Source of the DNA: Octopus sinensis
Lineage: Eukaryota
Length of the DNA: 64,000 bases
Assembly (NCBI RefSeq): GCF_006345805.1
Contig: NW_021835996.1
Span: 248,001-312,000 of the forward strand
Reading direction: 5' to 3'
The position numbers were made by a program, and so were the translations under genes. How positions within the stretch are numbered: the stretch's first letter is position 1; each line of letters opens with the position of its first letter. This document shows, in pieces, positions 24,403-37,517 of the stretch. A model generated the notes under the pieces. It was not told where the DNA came from and ran no database searches. It worked only from the letters and a program-made list of their open reading frames with translations.

Positions 24403-26950
24403 CAGGGGTTCTCAACCTTTTTTTACTCGTCGGCCCCTTGATTTTTTTTGACCCCCCTAATATTTAATCGACCCCCTTAAAAATTTTATATACAACAGAC
24501 AATATAATTATTTGAAAAGTCCAGATAAAATTGATTTTTAGTTATTGCGTCTGCTTTCAGTCGATTCTCTTCCTCTTCGAACCCGAGCAAATGCCCTCGA
24601 CGGGTACACTTATCCATTTTACAGGGCAGGCTACTTTTGTGGTTGTTCTCGACTCCGATTTAATTGCATGCTTCGCCGCTGTAGGAAAGAGTTTATACTC
24701 CGGTCGCATCAAACAAAACTCAATGGAAAAACTTGATGCTAAGTTAGTATTTTAGCATAAATCTATACCAATGGGACCCCCTGTGACTGATGTTTTTTGA
24801 CCAAAGATTCGATATCTGGCTCTATTTGTGTTATTTTTGAACGAATATCTCCTCTAATGAACATATCCAATCTGTTTCGTTCTTTATTTACAATTCGATG
24901 TAGAATGCTAAATCCACATTCAACACAGTATGATGTCGGAAAATAGAGTAGCAATTGTGCTACTTCGTTCCAAAATTTTGGATAAATCTCTTTCACTTCA
25001 ATATTTTGCCAAAAAATAACTGACGTTTTTGAATCTTCATAGTATAGTTTTAATTCTGGATTGAATCTTAGAGTAATTAATTCCTCTTGAATATTTTCTT
25101 TTTCTTCATCTGGCTTCGACAAAAAAGGATTAATCATCCAAGATGTAATTTCTAATTCAAGAATATCTTGGAATTGGAGAATCAAATCTTTTTCTATACT
25201 TAATAAATTTTGCGAAAAGTTGTTAATATCTTCATCATCAAATGTTTGATAAATTGATTGGAATTCGGGAATGTTATAATAATTTCTTTTTCCAAGTTGT
25301 ATTTATATACAGTCAACCCTCTATAATGAACAAAATGTCCACGTCAAAACATCATGTTCACTATTGTCTATAGTGAACAAAAGGAATCAAAATAACAATA
25401 AACAATATTGAAGTATAATTACAAAGATTATTTAGAGATTTTAATCATGTAATCGGTGATTTTTTGAGAATTATTAGTTTGATAATTTCTTAAAATTTTT
25501 CATATTTCGTATACTTTTCCTCTTTGTTCATAATCATTCTCAAGAAACCATAATTCAAGCGCCTTCGCATATTCACTAGCTTCATATTCACTAGCCATAT
25601 GTCATCCATGCTTTTTTATTTGATTTGTATTCCACTTGTAAATTATTAATTAAATTTCTTCTTCCTTTAAAGCAGCGTGGATTTTTGGCTTTTCCAATAA
25701 CAAATGGGTCAAGTTTTTCTCCCATCATACTAACGCAAAACATAACAGTTACTCTTTCTTTTATCGGTTTTTTAGACAGATTTTTGTCCGAGTCAACAGC
25801 TAATGTTCTCTTCGACAAAAATTTAAAAAACAATCCAGTTTCGTCCAAATTAAAAATATTTTTTGAACAATATTGTTCTAATTTTCTATTGAGGCTTTCT
25901 GTAAAATTTTCAATCACAGAGGTTTCAACAAATTGATTTTCCCCACATAAAGCACGGGAAGCAATGCAATATCAATTTTTAAATTTCTCAAGCCATCCAT
26001 TTGATGCTTGAAATCCTTAAATATTACAAACTTTCGCCATTTTTAGAGACATGGACTTCAAAAGATATTCATTGATTGTAAATCCAAATGATCGTTTTTT
26101 AACGAACCATTCAAATAAATCTCTGTCGAATGGTTGAGACTTGGGCAATTAAATTTTCTTCTTTTTTTGGTCATCTTGAACATTAAGTATTCCTTCAGAA
26201 TTTTTCAAAATTTTGTTTATGCAGCCCAGAGAAACATTGAAATAAAGGGATAAATCGCGCTGTGTGTAATGTCTATTTTTATGATAAAATTCGATTATTT
26301 CCTTCTTTTGAAAAAATGACAGGCGTTTTCGATTTTCCACCATGCTAACAACTGTAGAACGTGTAGTTTATTCATTTTAAAGAATTTTAAATATATATGT
26401 AAAAATATTAAATTTAATATTTTTATGTTCACAAAAATTTGACGTTCACTATTCTTTAATAGTGAACAAAAAAATATTTAAATAAATGATATTATACATT
26501 TTTAAACGTGGTATTCATTTTATAATAAATATATTAATGAGAATTACTAATATTTGTTATTGTAGATTGCATTAATATGGCCTGTTCACTATAGAGAGGG
26601 TTCACTATAGAGAGGGTTGACTGTAACTTAATTTTTTCGATAAATATTTGAATAATTCTTTTACAATCTATTAACTTTACATACTTTCCCTGAAGTTCTA
26701 ATAAAATTTCATTAAATTTTCCAAAAATCATTTTTGGCAATAATCATGCAATTTTATAGGATGCAATTAGTCCTCCTATATATAATTTTAAATAATAACA
26801 ACTATTGTTTCTTTCATTGCTATTTGTAAAAACAGTGTCAATCGTTTTTTGTTTACGAAGTGAATCCTTTAATTCTTCGAAGTACTCTAATGGTCTATCC
26901 TTTTTATCCGAATGTTTTCTTCGGAGATGATCCAACAATTTTGACGGTTT
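24403..26950 (-). mobile_element. hAT Buster/Charlie-like transposase remnant split by an inner Tigger
   Basis: TIR CAGGGGTTCTCAACC at 24403, preceded by TTTTAATG (central TA). Motifs 'FPTSYCVECGFS...ERNRLD...GDIR' and N-terminal 'HLRRKHSDKKDRPLEYF'. Confidence 0.8.
25310..26623 (-). mobile_element. Inner Tigger element with both TIRs and TA TSD; transposase internally deleted
   Basis: TA-CAGTCAACCCTCT... / ...AGAGGGTTGACTG-TA. CENP-B-like HTH start 'RKRLSFFQKKEII', plus 'FQASNGWL' and 'IFNLDETGLF...KAWMT'. Confidence 0.88.
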
Positions 26951-27214
26951 CTTTCCAAGTCATCTTAGCAGGCTAGGAGCTATAAAATTTGTGGCCAATT
27001 TGAGAATTGGCCATTTTGCAGAGGTTTTTCAATTTAACAGAAGTAAATTGTTAAAAATGGCCAATTTGAGAGGGTTGAGTGTTTAACAACTTTGTCCGGC
27101 GGAGAGATAGAGAGCAAGGGACTAGCAGCAAATTCTTCCCCTAAAGACTGCGACAATAATTTCTAAAATTCAGGAGATTTGATTTTGTTGTTGCGTAACC
27201 CCGATCTCACATTA

Positions 27215-27485
27215 GATTATGAGACCAGGAGCTTGCAGAAACAACAGCGTCCTACCAGGCTGCTGCCATAGGACCTCCGGGGAGTGAATGATAAATTTTT
27301 TGCGGAGCTAAAGAAAACCAGGACAGCGGAATAAATGGGCAGTTGTGTGTTGGTCAGCACAGAGAATGGAAGAAAAGGGGGAGATCGAGATGTCCACTTT
27401 ATGTGCATAGTGGTTTAATGAGGAGTGATGGCCAGAACGGAAACGAGCCAAGTTTGTCTGAGCCGAGCGGTCGAGAGCAATTCAG
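27215..27485 (-). mobile_element. I-group LINE C-terminal CCHC fragment
   Basis: 'RSAQTNLARFRSGHHSSLNHYAHK...HTTAHLFRCP'. Confidence 0.6.
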
Positions 27486-27773
27486 AAAGGAAATTAGTTA
27501 TTTCCATTAGATTTAATTTTAGAAATTGATAAAGGAAAATTAGTTATTTCCATTATTTTCGTTCTTCCTCCCTAATCATATAATCAATTTTTTAAATAAA
27601 ACCATTTGTAAAATTAGTGAAATTAACATTTTGTTTTATTTTAAATAACAAAATTTGATCAGATCGTAGCATCCTATAAAATCAAAGTCATCGTTCAGAC
27701 TCTAAATCAAAGGGTAGTGATTACTAGTTTAACAAAAAATAAACAAAATAAATCCTTATAAATCGAAATTATG

Positions 27774-28737
27774 TTACAATTGAATATCATTTTTGATCAT
27801 TTCTTGGCAACTAAATTCTTGGGTAGAATTGGAGACCGAGAAGTTAACTGAGATGGAAATACGTCTCAGTTCCGAAACAAAAGTAAGATTAAATCCAAGG
27901 CATAAAAACAAAGTCACGATTTCACAAAATGCTGCAAAAGACCAAAATTTCATGTTCTAAAATAATTTGATAAAAACTCAAAACCTGAGAAAGTCCATCA
28001 ATATCGACCATCGATGTCCCAAAAAAAGCTAAAATGTATAAAATATGCATACTTATAATACTTCCGAAAATAGCAAAAATAGTCAACACAATTCTAAGAG
28101 TTGTCACCTTGGTGTTCTGGCCAGACGCCTTCCCCAAAAAAGTTTGCAAAATACAGTAAGTGGGTTGACTGACAAATACCATAATTGCGGCCATGTAATG
28201 CCCAGTTTTCATAGAACTCGACTAAAGACTGAGAAAATGACAACAACTTTAAAATTCGCAGTCAAAAAACTTCCAATGGATATAATAAGGCCGACAATGA
28301 AAGCAAATTTGTTAATATTGTGAATTAGTTTGTTGTTCTTAGCAATTCGACTCTTTACGTAGATGTAACGAACAAAAAATATAAAAACACCTAAATTAAA
28401 AATTCAATTCCAACTTATTATAGAAATTATTATAAGAGAAATTGAGAAAAGAATGCCTTGAAAGCCACTGTCTGTTACTTCACTACAATTTTAATGCAAG
28501 TTTAGCACCTTAAATATGGAAAATATCCAGTCCATTTGTTAGTAGCTAAAAAGCTTGAATAGATCACTGTTATTGATGTGACGAGGATCACAAAAATCGA
28601 GAAAGGGCAAAAATGCAACTTTGAGGTTGAAAGTGAATGTAGATTGTAATTTGTCATTAAAGGAAGAAATATAAGGAAGAAAAGAACTAACAAATCACAA
28701 ATGAAATAATTTATTTATTGTAAAATTTTAAACACAT
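27774..28737 (-). CDS. DRAM/TMEM150 (Frag1/DRAM/Sfk1) family multipass membrane protein, with apparent homopolymer frameshifts
   Basis: Spliced motifs 'YFPYLS|EVTDSG', 'NKFAFIVGLIISIGSFLTANFK|SSSMKTGHYMAAIMVF...YCILQTFL' and 'FNLTFVSELRRISI'. Mini-introns present. Start codon uncertain. Confidence 0.65.
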
Positions 28738-28835
28738 TTGAATAAAATTTATTATAATTAAAAAAATTTATTTTTATTTTTTTAAAAAACAGAAAAAGGG
28801 GATGATGTGGTGATAACCCAACCCTCTATTGCACA

Positions 28836-29752
28836 ATGTCTGATATAACACAAGCAAAACAATCATACGAACTATCTATTATGTCTTTCAATGTAAGAGA
28901 CCTTAAATCGACTTGGAAACAACATGGACTATGTGAGGACATGAAGAAATACAGGATCTCGGTACAGGACCAAGTCTATGGGGACTATCGCCTTATTCTG
29001 CTGCCCTCTGAATGCGGGCACTATGGCCAAGGCTTTGTGACACACAAACACTTATCTACTTGTATTCATCGCTGCTGGAGGGTTACCGATCGAATATCTG
29101 TACTACAAATAAGTACCGGACACTAATCCGGAATACTTTCTATCATTAATGTTTAATGCCCCTCAAAGTGGCAGGATTGCCAAGAATCTCGACGAACTAG
29201 ACTCCTTTTACGAGGAGTTAGAGATCGCTCACAAGTCTGGAGGATTCGTCCATTCTATTCATCACGGGGTTTGGAATGCCAAAGTTGGCATCCGCTCTGA
29301 GGACGAGCAGTTTATTGGCAGATATGGCCGTGGGTACAGGAATCTTCCGGGGACTCTTCTGGCTCATCTCTGTGAGACCTTCTCACTATTTTTGTGTAAC
29401 ACGGCTTTCTGCCACGATCCACGACATCGGACCACATGGACTGGAAGTAGAACAAATGGGGTCGGTGAAGCTACATCAATCTACAACCAAATCGATTATA
29501 TTCTTTGTCGACAGGCCGATAGGGCTGCCTTATTCGACTCCCGATCATATGGAGGACAGTGATCATAAAATGGTCGTTGGACGTTTCAACATCAAGAAAC
29601 ACCATACGCCCCTCAACGCGCGAAGACTCCTATCTGCTACAAGGAAAAGATATCTCACGGAAAAACTGTTGTACTCCTCCCTCACTCGGGAAAACTATCA
29701 AAAATCATTGGAGAGCTATATCTCTTGTATAGGAAAAGGTCTCTCCGATTGA
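28836..29752 (+). mobile_element. RTE-like retrotransposon APE endonuclease region
   Basis: 'IMSFNVRDL', 'DRISVL', 'WNAKVG', 'LCNTAF', 'NQIDYILC' and 'SDHKMVV' EEP-fold motifs. Confidence 0.82.
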
Positions 29753-30269
29753 TTATTGATTTTAGATAGCCAGTAGATTCCATGTAGAGGGCTAGGTGCT
29801 GTTTCGAGCAGAGAGCCAAGTTTCTTCACAATACTAACACTAATTTCTATTAAGTATTCTCGGAGAATTTTTTAGAAGATCAATTAAACTATCTTTGTTG
29901 TCCGAAGCGAAATCAACATCGTCAGTGTAGACAATTTTGGTGATAGAGCTTGATGATGGAGCCATCGTAAAAATGCAACAGCACATCAAAAGATATAAAA
30001 AAAATTTATATCCAAAAGTTAAAATTTATTTTTTACCGTAACGATAAGCATTTTATCAGTTACAAATTTGAAGTAGAAAGTGTACATGTTTAGTATTGAT
30101 ACTGTCATTCCGGGAAAGGCTGACTAGGTCTAGAGTGAAAAGGAAACCCGCCGAAGTTTTATTTTAACGATGAAAACTGGAATTTTAATGCCTTCAAACA
30201 GCAATGGTATTAGAAAACGATATTTTAACTCCTCGAATACTTCCTGAATTTGAAATCGTGTTAATAAAT

Positions 30270-31600
30270 TAATCGATGGGAGGGCCAGCGGCCTTACGGA
30301 TTGCGCAACTGTTTCCTCTGAGAACAACGAAATCCAGTCCACCTCCTGAGGATCGTGAGTGCGCATGGAGATTTTGGCCCCGAGCTTGCGGAGGAAGTTT
30401 TCCGTTTTTAGGCCAAGAGCACCAGACGTCTCCACCGCTATTTACATCACGAAATGACGAATGATTCTGTCAGCTTTAAATCTTCAGCCTTCTTAGCAGC
30501 AGATTTAGCCTCCATAGCATACAAAGTTAGGTGTGAAGCAGAAGATGTATCCCAACAGGTTGCGTCCCATACAAGGCTTTTTCCGCCCTCAAAAACAAAA
30601 AGGGTCATCCCGTCAGGACGTTTCCGTCACCGCAGACAAGACCCAGTGGTTTGAAAACCGAAGGAAATCCCGCCGAGTCGAGGGCCTTCCGTATGATGTC
30701 ATTCATAGCCGAGTGCCTCGGAAAACGTCCGACGCTCCTTCTGCACGATAAAGGATGCAGACCGAAAGAATCAACAGTTCAGCCACAACGAAAAAAGTGC
30801 GGGACCACTGCCTTAGCCCAAGGCGCAAGGAGATTCCGATCCTTACCGATTCATCATCGAGGAGAGTGCCAGACGGGGCGATCGGGAATGCGCAAAGCCA
30901 AGTTTCACTGGCCGGGGATGCTGCCGAAAGAAGGCAAGCGCGGCGGTGTTGGTTGGACAACTCGAGCAGCAGATTGAAAGTTTGCTTGCATCCAATTCGA
31001 TCCTGGACCCGTTGAGACATTCGATCTTCCGGAAAGTCAAGGCCTTGTTTTCCCTCCAGACTTCGCTGAAATCAGCCAAATTTAGAAAAGGAGCGTAGGA
31101 TTTCCATGACAAGTGTGTGGCTCAAGGCTTGTCTCCAACCTTTATCGTCGAAGGGGGAATTGTATATGTTTTGAGTACAAGTACGGATAAGGTGGTCAAT
31201 GGCGGAAAGCCTCTCTGGAAAAGCAAAACACGGAGAAGAGCGTAGCAAATAAGTGAGCTTTTGGACTTTAAAGCAATTTCGCAGAACGAATAATGCTGTA
31301 TGTGAATCCAACTGTCTAATACGTTCGAAAACTGCTTTGAGAAAGAATTCCTTTTTATGTAGGGCCACATCAATAGAATCGCCAGCAACCGGGGCTCCGA
31401 GGATAGAAAGTTTGTTAATGTGGGTGGATTGCACTCCCGGGATAAGATCACGAAATGAGCAAACATCGTCTTCAAAGGTAAATTGCCAACACTCAAAGTT
31501 AGAGATTTCACATTTAGAAAAATTTAAACTAAGGCTGACTTTCTCCAAAGCCGGAATAATTTCTATTATGTCACATGCCTCAGCGATTACCTCTGAGTTA
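30270..31600 (-). mobile_element. CRE-type retrotransposon, 3' half, frameshifted
   Basis: 'LSLNFSKCE', 'ILGAP', 'HTALFVLRNCF', 'WLCAFPIAPSG', 'RPDG...LVWDATC' and 'ETSGALG'. Confidence 0.85.
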
Positions 31601-31719
31601 CCTCTGAGAAATAATTGATTAATGATTTTTCATTTTTTAGAAAAATTAATAATCAATCATAAGGTTACACAATTACAATTTATTTATTTTACTAGTTAGG
31701 AAGACAGGAAAAACTAGTC

Positions 31720-32110
31720 ATTATCGACGACGGGAAATTTTAAAAAGAATGAAGCACCGGAGTGTCTCTACTGAGCAGCATATTTCCCTGATATCTGATG
31801 TCCACTACAAAAACAACCGCGCCTTCTCAAGGACGGACTATATTTTAGGGACGCAGGATTCATATGAGTTATCCAATTTTTCTTTGCGATCGAGAACGTA
31901 GGCCAACTTAATGGCGTAACGCCTCGTTTTCTCGAGTTTGTTGATTAGACAAACCCTCTCACCTGTTTCATACTAGCCCTCAAACCCGTAGGTGAGAATC
32001 GGTTGTACACATGTCCGTAGATGTATGTTTCTGGACTCAGATGAAATCTGATCAGACTTCGTAGGATTTTAACGGCTCTCTTTTTTTGGGTATCGATATG
32101 ATTTTTTTTT
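31720..32110 (-). mobile_element. LINE post-RT fragment related to the 37518 element
   Basis: 'CVQPILTYG...NKLEKTRRYAIKLAY' compared with 'VLPVLTYG...LKKVRRRAIRQAH'. Confidence 0.55.
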
Positions 32111-32199
32111 AAATCATATATAGATCTCAAGTTTAATTAATTATTCTCAATAAAATTTAAAATTAATTATTTTGTCATTTTTTTGATTCTTTTCATGTG

Positions 32200-33185
32200 A
32201 ACTATCTTGGTATCTCCATTCGAAAATTCTACATTAACGCGGTAATTAGGTAAGATTGATTTGATCGTAGCAGTATCACCATAAGCACTTCCAAATTTTT
32301 TCAATGAGAGAGCCGGATTCGTGCCATAATTTTTATGGATCCTTATCTATACATAAAATTTATTTCAGATACCTTATCTTCAACTGAAAATGAATATTTT
32401 GACACATGAACTCCCATTTTTTATTCATTTTTTGGAAATAGGGCTATTCAAATTTGGGGGTTCAAAATTAAAATCAAAATCTCCTTGTTTTTCATCACAT
32501 TTCTCATCTTCATCGACATTCTCTGCATCCATGTCATCCGAAATTGCAGCATTAAACCCGTTAATTCCTCTGTATTTCAGAAAAGGAGACTTCCCTAAGA
32601 ATTAAAAATAAAATAGATACCAGTTGATGAATTTACAGTAAGGTTATAATAATAGACTTTTGGAATTTATATGTAATTGACAAATAGTTATTAACTAACT
32701 AAATTTCCGGCCTCGTAATAATAGACAGCTTCACTTTTGTGATTTGTCCAATTTTTATCCCCTTCACGCTTCATCAGTTTCGATAAGGATCATGTTAAAG
32801 TTTGATTAAATTTTTTCACAATTCCTTGGCTTCTGGGGTTATTTGGCCTGCTGTGGACTTGCTTAATCTTGAATCTTTTGCACAATTCATGAATATGTGC
32901 ATTTTTAAATTCAGTCCCATTGTCAGACTGCAATATATGACAAGGACCAATTTGTAAAAAAAATTCAAGAAGATTTTTGGACACTTCACGTCCACTTTTA
33001 TTGACAAGATTACGTGTAAACACGAATTTAGAAAAAACGTCGATGACAACCAATATCCATGAAAATGAATCATTTAAGTGTTTAAACCTACAATAAACAA
33101 ATGAATTACATTTTTAAGTCAATTAAATCCACCTGAAATCTTTCATTAGGAATACGTGCAGTTATATGGTTTTCCTCATCATATA
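32200..33185 (-). mobile_element. Ginger-like integrase fragment with mini-introns
   Basis: rve core 'FQVDLIDLKM|FKHLNDSFSWILVVIDVFSKF...ILQSDNGTEFKN...SRPNNPRSQG'. Introns 33109-33088 (22 nt) and 32620-32595 (26 nt). Confidence 0.75.
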
Positions 33186-33284
33186 CCTTTAGAGGAGTTG
33201 AAAAAAACAAATTTCACATTCCGTAATATAATTATATTCATCAATATTCTTAACAAACAAACGAGACATTAAATGTACCGAAAG

Positions 33285-33612
33285 ATACCGAAGATTTAGT
33301 AGGGAAGAAATATGTTTAGTCACCTTAGAAATTCCAAGACAGAAAAAGAGTGGCCCCAGAAGGTCTTCCTGTTGAACTCCCGTAGCAGACGGGATAGTGT
33401 AGGATTTGAAGATAAGGGAGGCTGATTGGGCGTATGTTTGGAAAGTTATGTCAAATAATGGAAGACAATACTCAGAGCAGGCATTCAAAACTCGGTCCCT
33501 TCGAATACTGTTGAATACATTTCTGATGTCCAGTCTGATCAATATGTTTGGACATGGGGATTTCCTGCACGCATCTGAAAATGTGTGGATAGCATGAACT
33601 GCAGATTGCAAG
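33285..33612 (-). mobile_element. CRE-type RT fragment
   Basis: 'LDIRNVFNSIRRD...SATGVQQEDLLGPLFFCL'. Confidence 0.75.
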
Positions 33613-33669
33613 ATTTAATAAGACCAATTTTTGCGAGATTTAATAAGATAAGATAAAACAGGTTTATTT

Positions 33670-34965
33670 TCACTATCCATTATGAATGGTATCCATACGG
33701 CTGCTGAAGAGTACATCGGGAAGCAACCAAATAACAATCAGTCTGGGAGATGCTGCCACCCGGATGTTCGGGCGGTAATCGTTGAGCAAAAGGATCTAAA
33801 GCTCAGAATCGAAAACGAGAACGATCATAATAACAAACAGGCACTGAAGAGGGAACGTGCCAGAATACAACGACTCATTAAGAAACTAAACCGTCAGCAC
33901 ACTCTAGACACTCTGGAAACCTTTCTAAACGAAATCGAAGGGCTCAAGGACGGCGCACAAATGTTTCAGGCCATGCGTCTTCTCAAAAGAAGAAAACCCA
34001 CCAAACTCAAAATTACCGATGGCATGGGAAAAACCATCTACAAACCTGCTGAGCAAGCCGAAATAATTGCTGATCACTTCGAACATCAATTTAATCTGAA
34101 CACTGACGATATTGACCCCTTTACTTGCACATCAGCACCTCTCAATAAGCCAATCGCAGTTGAGGAGGTCATCCAAGCTGCCAAGAAGCTTAAGAATTGT
34201 CGGGCAGCTGGACCTGATAATATCAATGCAGAAAAAAACTACTCATGGAAAAACTGACGACCTCGTTCAATGAGATGTTCTCAACCAATGATCTACTCCC
34301 ACTGGGCTCAGGCACACTCATCCCGATACAAAAGGCCAACAAAACCTCCGGTCCGGTGGAAAATCTCCGTCCCGTAATACTACTAAACACTCTGAGAAAA
34401 CTTTTCTCACTCGTTACACTCGGTCGCATAACCCGAACTGTTAATGAATATCTCTCTCCCAGTCACAGCGGATTCAGGGGTGGAAGATCCACAGCTGATA
34501 TAGCCTAGAGTCACAGATGGCGCTGCGCTGTCCAGCAGAAATTTAAAAAAGCTACGGCTATCCTTGGCATCGATATGTCAAAGGCTTTTGACTGTGTCCG
34601 TCGTGACCTACTTATCGGGGTTCTGGAAAGCTTCCTAGAGGTGGATGAAGTGAGATTACTACTTGCTAAGAAAGAACTTTCTGTTCGTATTGGGTCAGTC
34701 TCCTCCAGGCGGTTCAAAACGAATGTCGGCACGCCTCAGGGAGACTCTCTCCCCCCTGCTATTTGTGATCTATCTGGAAGCCGCTTTGAGAAATTTGAGA
34801 ACTTTCTATAATGATTCTATCACCGAAATTGTATATGCCGACGATGTGGACTTTGCCTTGGACAACATAGATGATCTAATTCGTCTACTAAACAATTCCC
34901 CAAGGGTGCTTAACAAATGGTTCCTGATAATTAACACTTCCAAAACTGAATTGACGGAGATTGTG
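33670..34965 (+). mobile_element. RTE-like retrotransposon RT region
   Basis: AAGPDNI, LRPVILL, SGFRGGRSTAD, DMSKAFD, GTPQGDSL and YADD. Same family as 17730-19520. Confidence 0.85.
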
Positions 34966-37349
34966 TCTTTGAGACACAGGGAATCCTTCAACGTTCGCTT
35001 GTTCAATAAGAAAAACGATTGTCCGTCAAAATTTTGGGATCTCAGCACAGGAGCCACATTCCGGCATTTCGTAGACTCGATGTACTTTATCAAATTTTCA
35101 CAGGTCGAGTCCCTTGGGTCTTTTAGTAGGGAATTTCTACTTTCCTCAGAAAGTGGCAGAGTTTGACTACATTCGATTTTTCTCTTAGGTTTGGAGTAGA
35201 TCTCAGGAATTGAGAAATCTTTTTTACGTTTCTTGCATTTTGGAATTTTGGGGTTGTCTTGTTAATTTAATTTATTTAAATTTACATGGTAAACAAGGTT
35301 TTCCTGATAAATCGACGAGGGATATTAAATTCGGACAAACTTTTAACTTTAGACACAATTTGAGTAGAAAGTGACTCAGTTGTCCCGCAGAATCACAGAT
35401 CTCAAACTTGTGAAAACTGTCGAATTTACTGTTTATTAAGTACATAAATTCAAAAATACTTTTTGACGGATATCTGTATTGAACTGGTTAAATCTCCAAA
35501 AACACTTAAAATTTTGTTCAGACGTTTAAAATTTGATGTAAATTTAAGAATATACTTATATAGTGACTTAAGGACCAAACAAATTGGCCCAGGTCCAATT
35601 ATTTTGGGAATTTGAAGTATTTTTGACACATAAAGGTACTTCCCTGAGTAACAATGAGCATTAAGGAAGATCTCAGGACTCCAAAGATCATCAATTCTCC
35701 TAATGTCCACGTGGTCGTCAAACATATTTGATAAAAGGGCTTTCAACAGTTTTGGAATACAGAAGTGCTTTATACTTCTATCTTGTTCACATAGTGGTGG
35801 CAATTGTGGCTGACTGAGTGGATAACCGTTTGATTCAGCCCACCCAAAAAGGAGGACTTGACGATTGTAGACTGAATAGATCAAGGGTGATTCCTCGTTT
35901 ATTTTGACAAAAATCAAATGTCCAACAACTTTGAGGATTGTTGCTGGGCAGACAATTTGATTATTTGTAAGATTAATCACTTGAAGCTTCATCCCGGGTT
36001 CGAATCAAGGCTTTTTCTTGAACTAAAAGAAATAGTTTTTTATTAATATTTACTGTTCTTGTAATCGATTTTGGAGCTCTTTCAAGTCCCTTTCCAATCC
36101 CTCTATATTTACTCCACTGAAAAAGTTTTCTGGTCCCTTTAACATGAGACCAGCAAGCACAACCATTAGAAAACGTAAGAGGCAGTTTGTGGCTCATAAA
36201 AAAACTCAACGGGAAGGATTCCATCAGAAAGAGAATAAAAAGATTCAATTTTGTACAGATTCGATTGAATCAATTTTAATGCACGTGTGGTCGATTATTT
36301 TGCTAATTTTTGCTGGAAATAGAATCTGTCTGGTCTTCGAATCCAAAACCTCGACTACCATTCCAACTTTCAGTTTATGAACGGTTACTTCAAAGGGAAT
36401 CTAAACCAAGTTAGAGGTTTTCGGCTACCTCAAACAAAAATGCTGGCATAGAAAGCACTTCTGTATTTCAAAATAAAAACACACAAATATAAACCCCAAA
36501 GATATCTCAAACGTTTTGAATTTTCCAAAAATAAGTATACAGTCAACATACCTTCAATTTTGGGGAATCCATATTCAATATTATTCTGTGGACCATACCC
36601 AACAGGGCAAAGTTTCTGAAAAGTGCAAAAAATCCAAAATTCACGGAAATTTTTATTCGGACATATCCATTTCAACAATAAATATCCTCCAACGTTTTTT
36701 TATGATCTGTGCAAACCAAACCATAGACAAGTGCCTTCTCCTGTGCTTCACCTCCATGTATTTTCCCAAAAGACCCTGAGAGCTTCATGTGAATATATTT
36801 TTCTACGAATAATACGAGAGAAATGCTTTTATAAGAAATTCATTTTTAAACGAATAACAATTCCTCAAAGTCTGTGCAATCTCTTCTTGCATGTTTTTGC
36901 CATCCATGAACGGAGGATATCGATAAAGTAGGCCGTTTTCTCCTCCGTGGTAAAGTTGTTTGATTTTCGGTGAGTCAATTTTGATGGAAAAAGTTTTTGT
37001 CCCCTAAAAACTGAGCTTTGATCAGCGGATATTCTATTTCGAGAACTCTGATGAACCAGATGGCATTGGTTTCGACTTAGTTTTAAGTTTACTTGGTTTT
37101 TCTGAATCACAATTTGAGTGACATTTAGAATCTTTATTTCTTTTGAAGTTGTGATTGTCCATGTTGTATGCCTAAAAAAAGAATAAGTTCAACTTCATAG
37201 TTATCCCAATTATTATAAACAACTTAATATATTCTTGTATTTACCTCGTCGTATAGCGGCACTGTCGAGCGCGCTGAATTTGTGTTAAAATCTTTTATTT
37301 GGAAAACAGAATTCCCATTCTCTATGTAGTTTTCATCATTTTTCGTCAT
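34806..37349 (-). CDS. SFMBT: SFMBT-like Polycomb protein (MBT repeats, SLED, SAM), frameshifted and C-terminally fused to antisense retroelement sequence
   Basis: MBT 'GMKLQVI...CPATILKV...FGWAESNGYPL', SLED 'FLNAHCYSGKYL...IGPGPICLVLK' and SAM 'IKYIESTKC...QNFDGQSFFLL'. Exon structure is only partly resolved. Confidence 0.75.
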
Positions 37350-37517
37350 AGTAACGAACATAAAAATGTAAGATTACTCTATGCGAATTTTTTTGAAAAA
37401 AAAGGAAAAATTTTATTTTAAAATAAAAGGCTGTTAGTGAGGGTATAATTAAGACCTTCGGCATTTCTGCCTTTTCAGTCCCGCACACACGCTCGCCTCT
37501 CAGCCGCAAACTAAGAC

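Larger units (their letters stand above)
23315..27081 (-). mobile_element. Outer Tigger/pogo element hosting nested insertions
   Basis: 29-bp TIR CACTCAACCCTCTCAAATTGGCCATTTTT at 23315 with its inverse ending at 27081. TA on the left, and subterminal TGGCCAATTTGAGA repeats at both ends. Tigger C-terminus 'WKDVSQHTISNCF' at 23996-24402. Confidence 0.8.
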
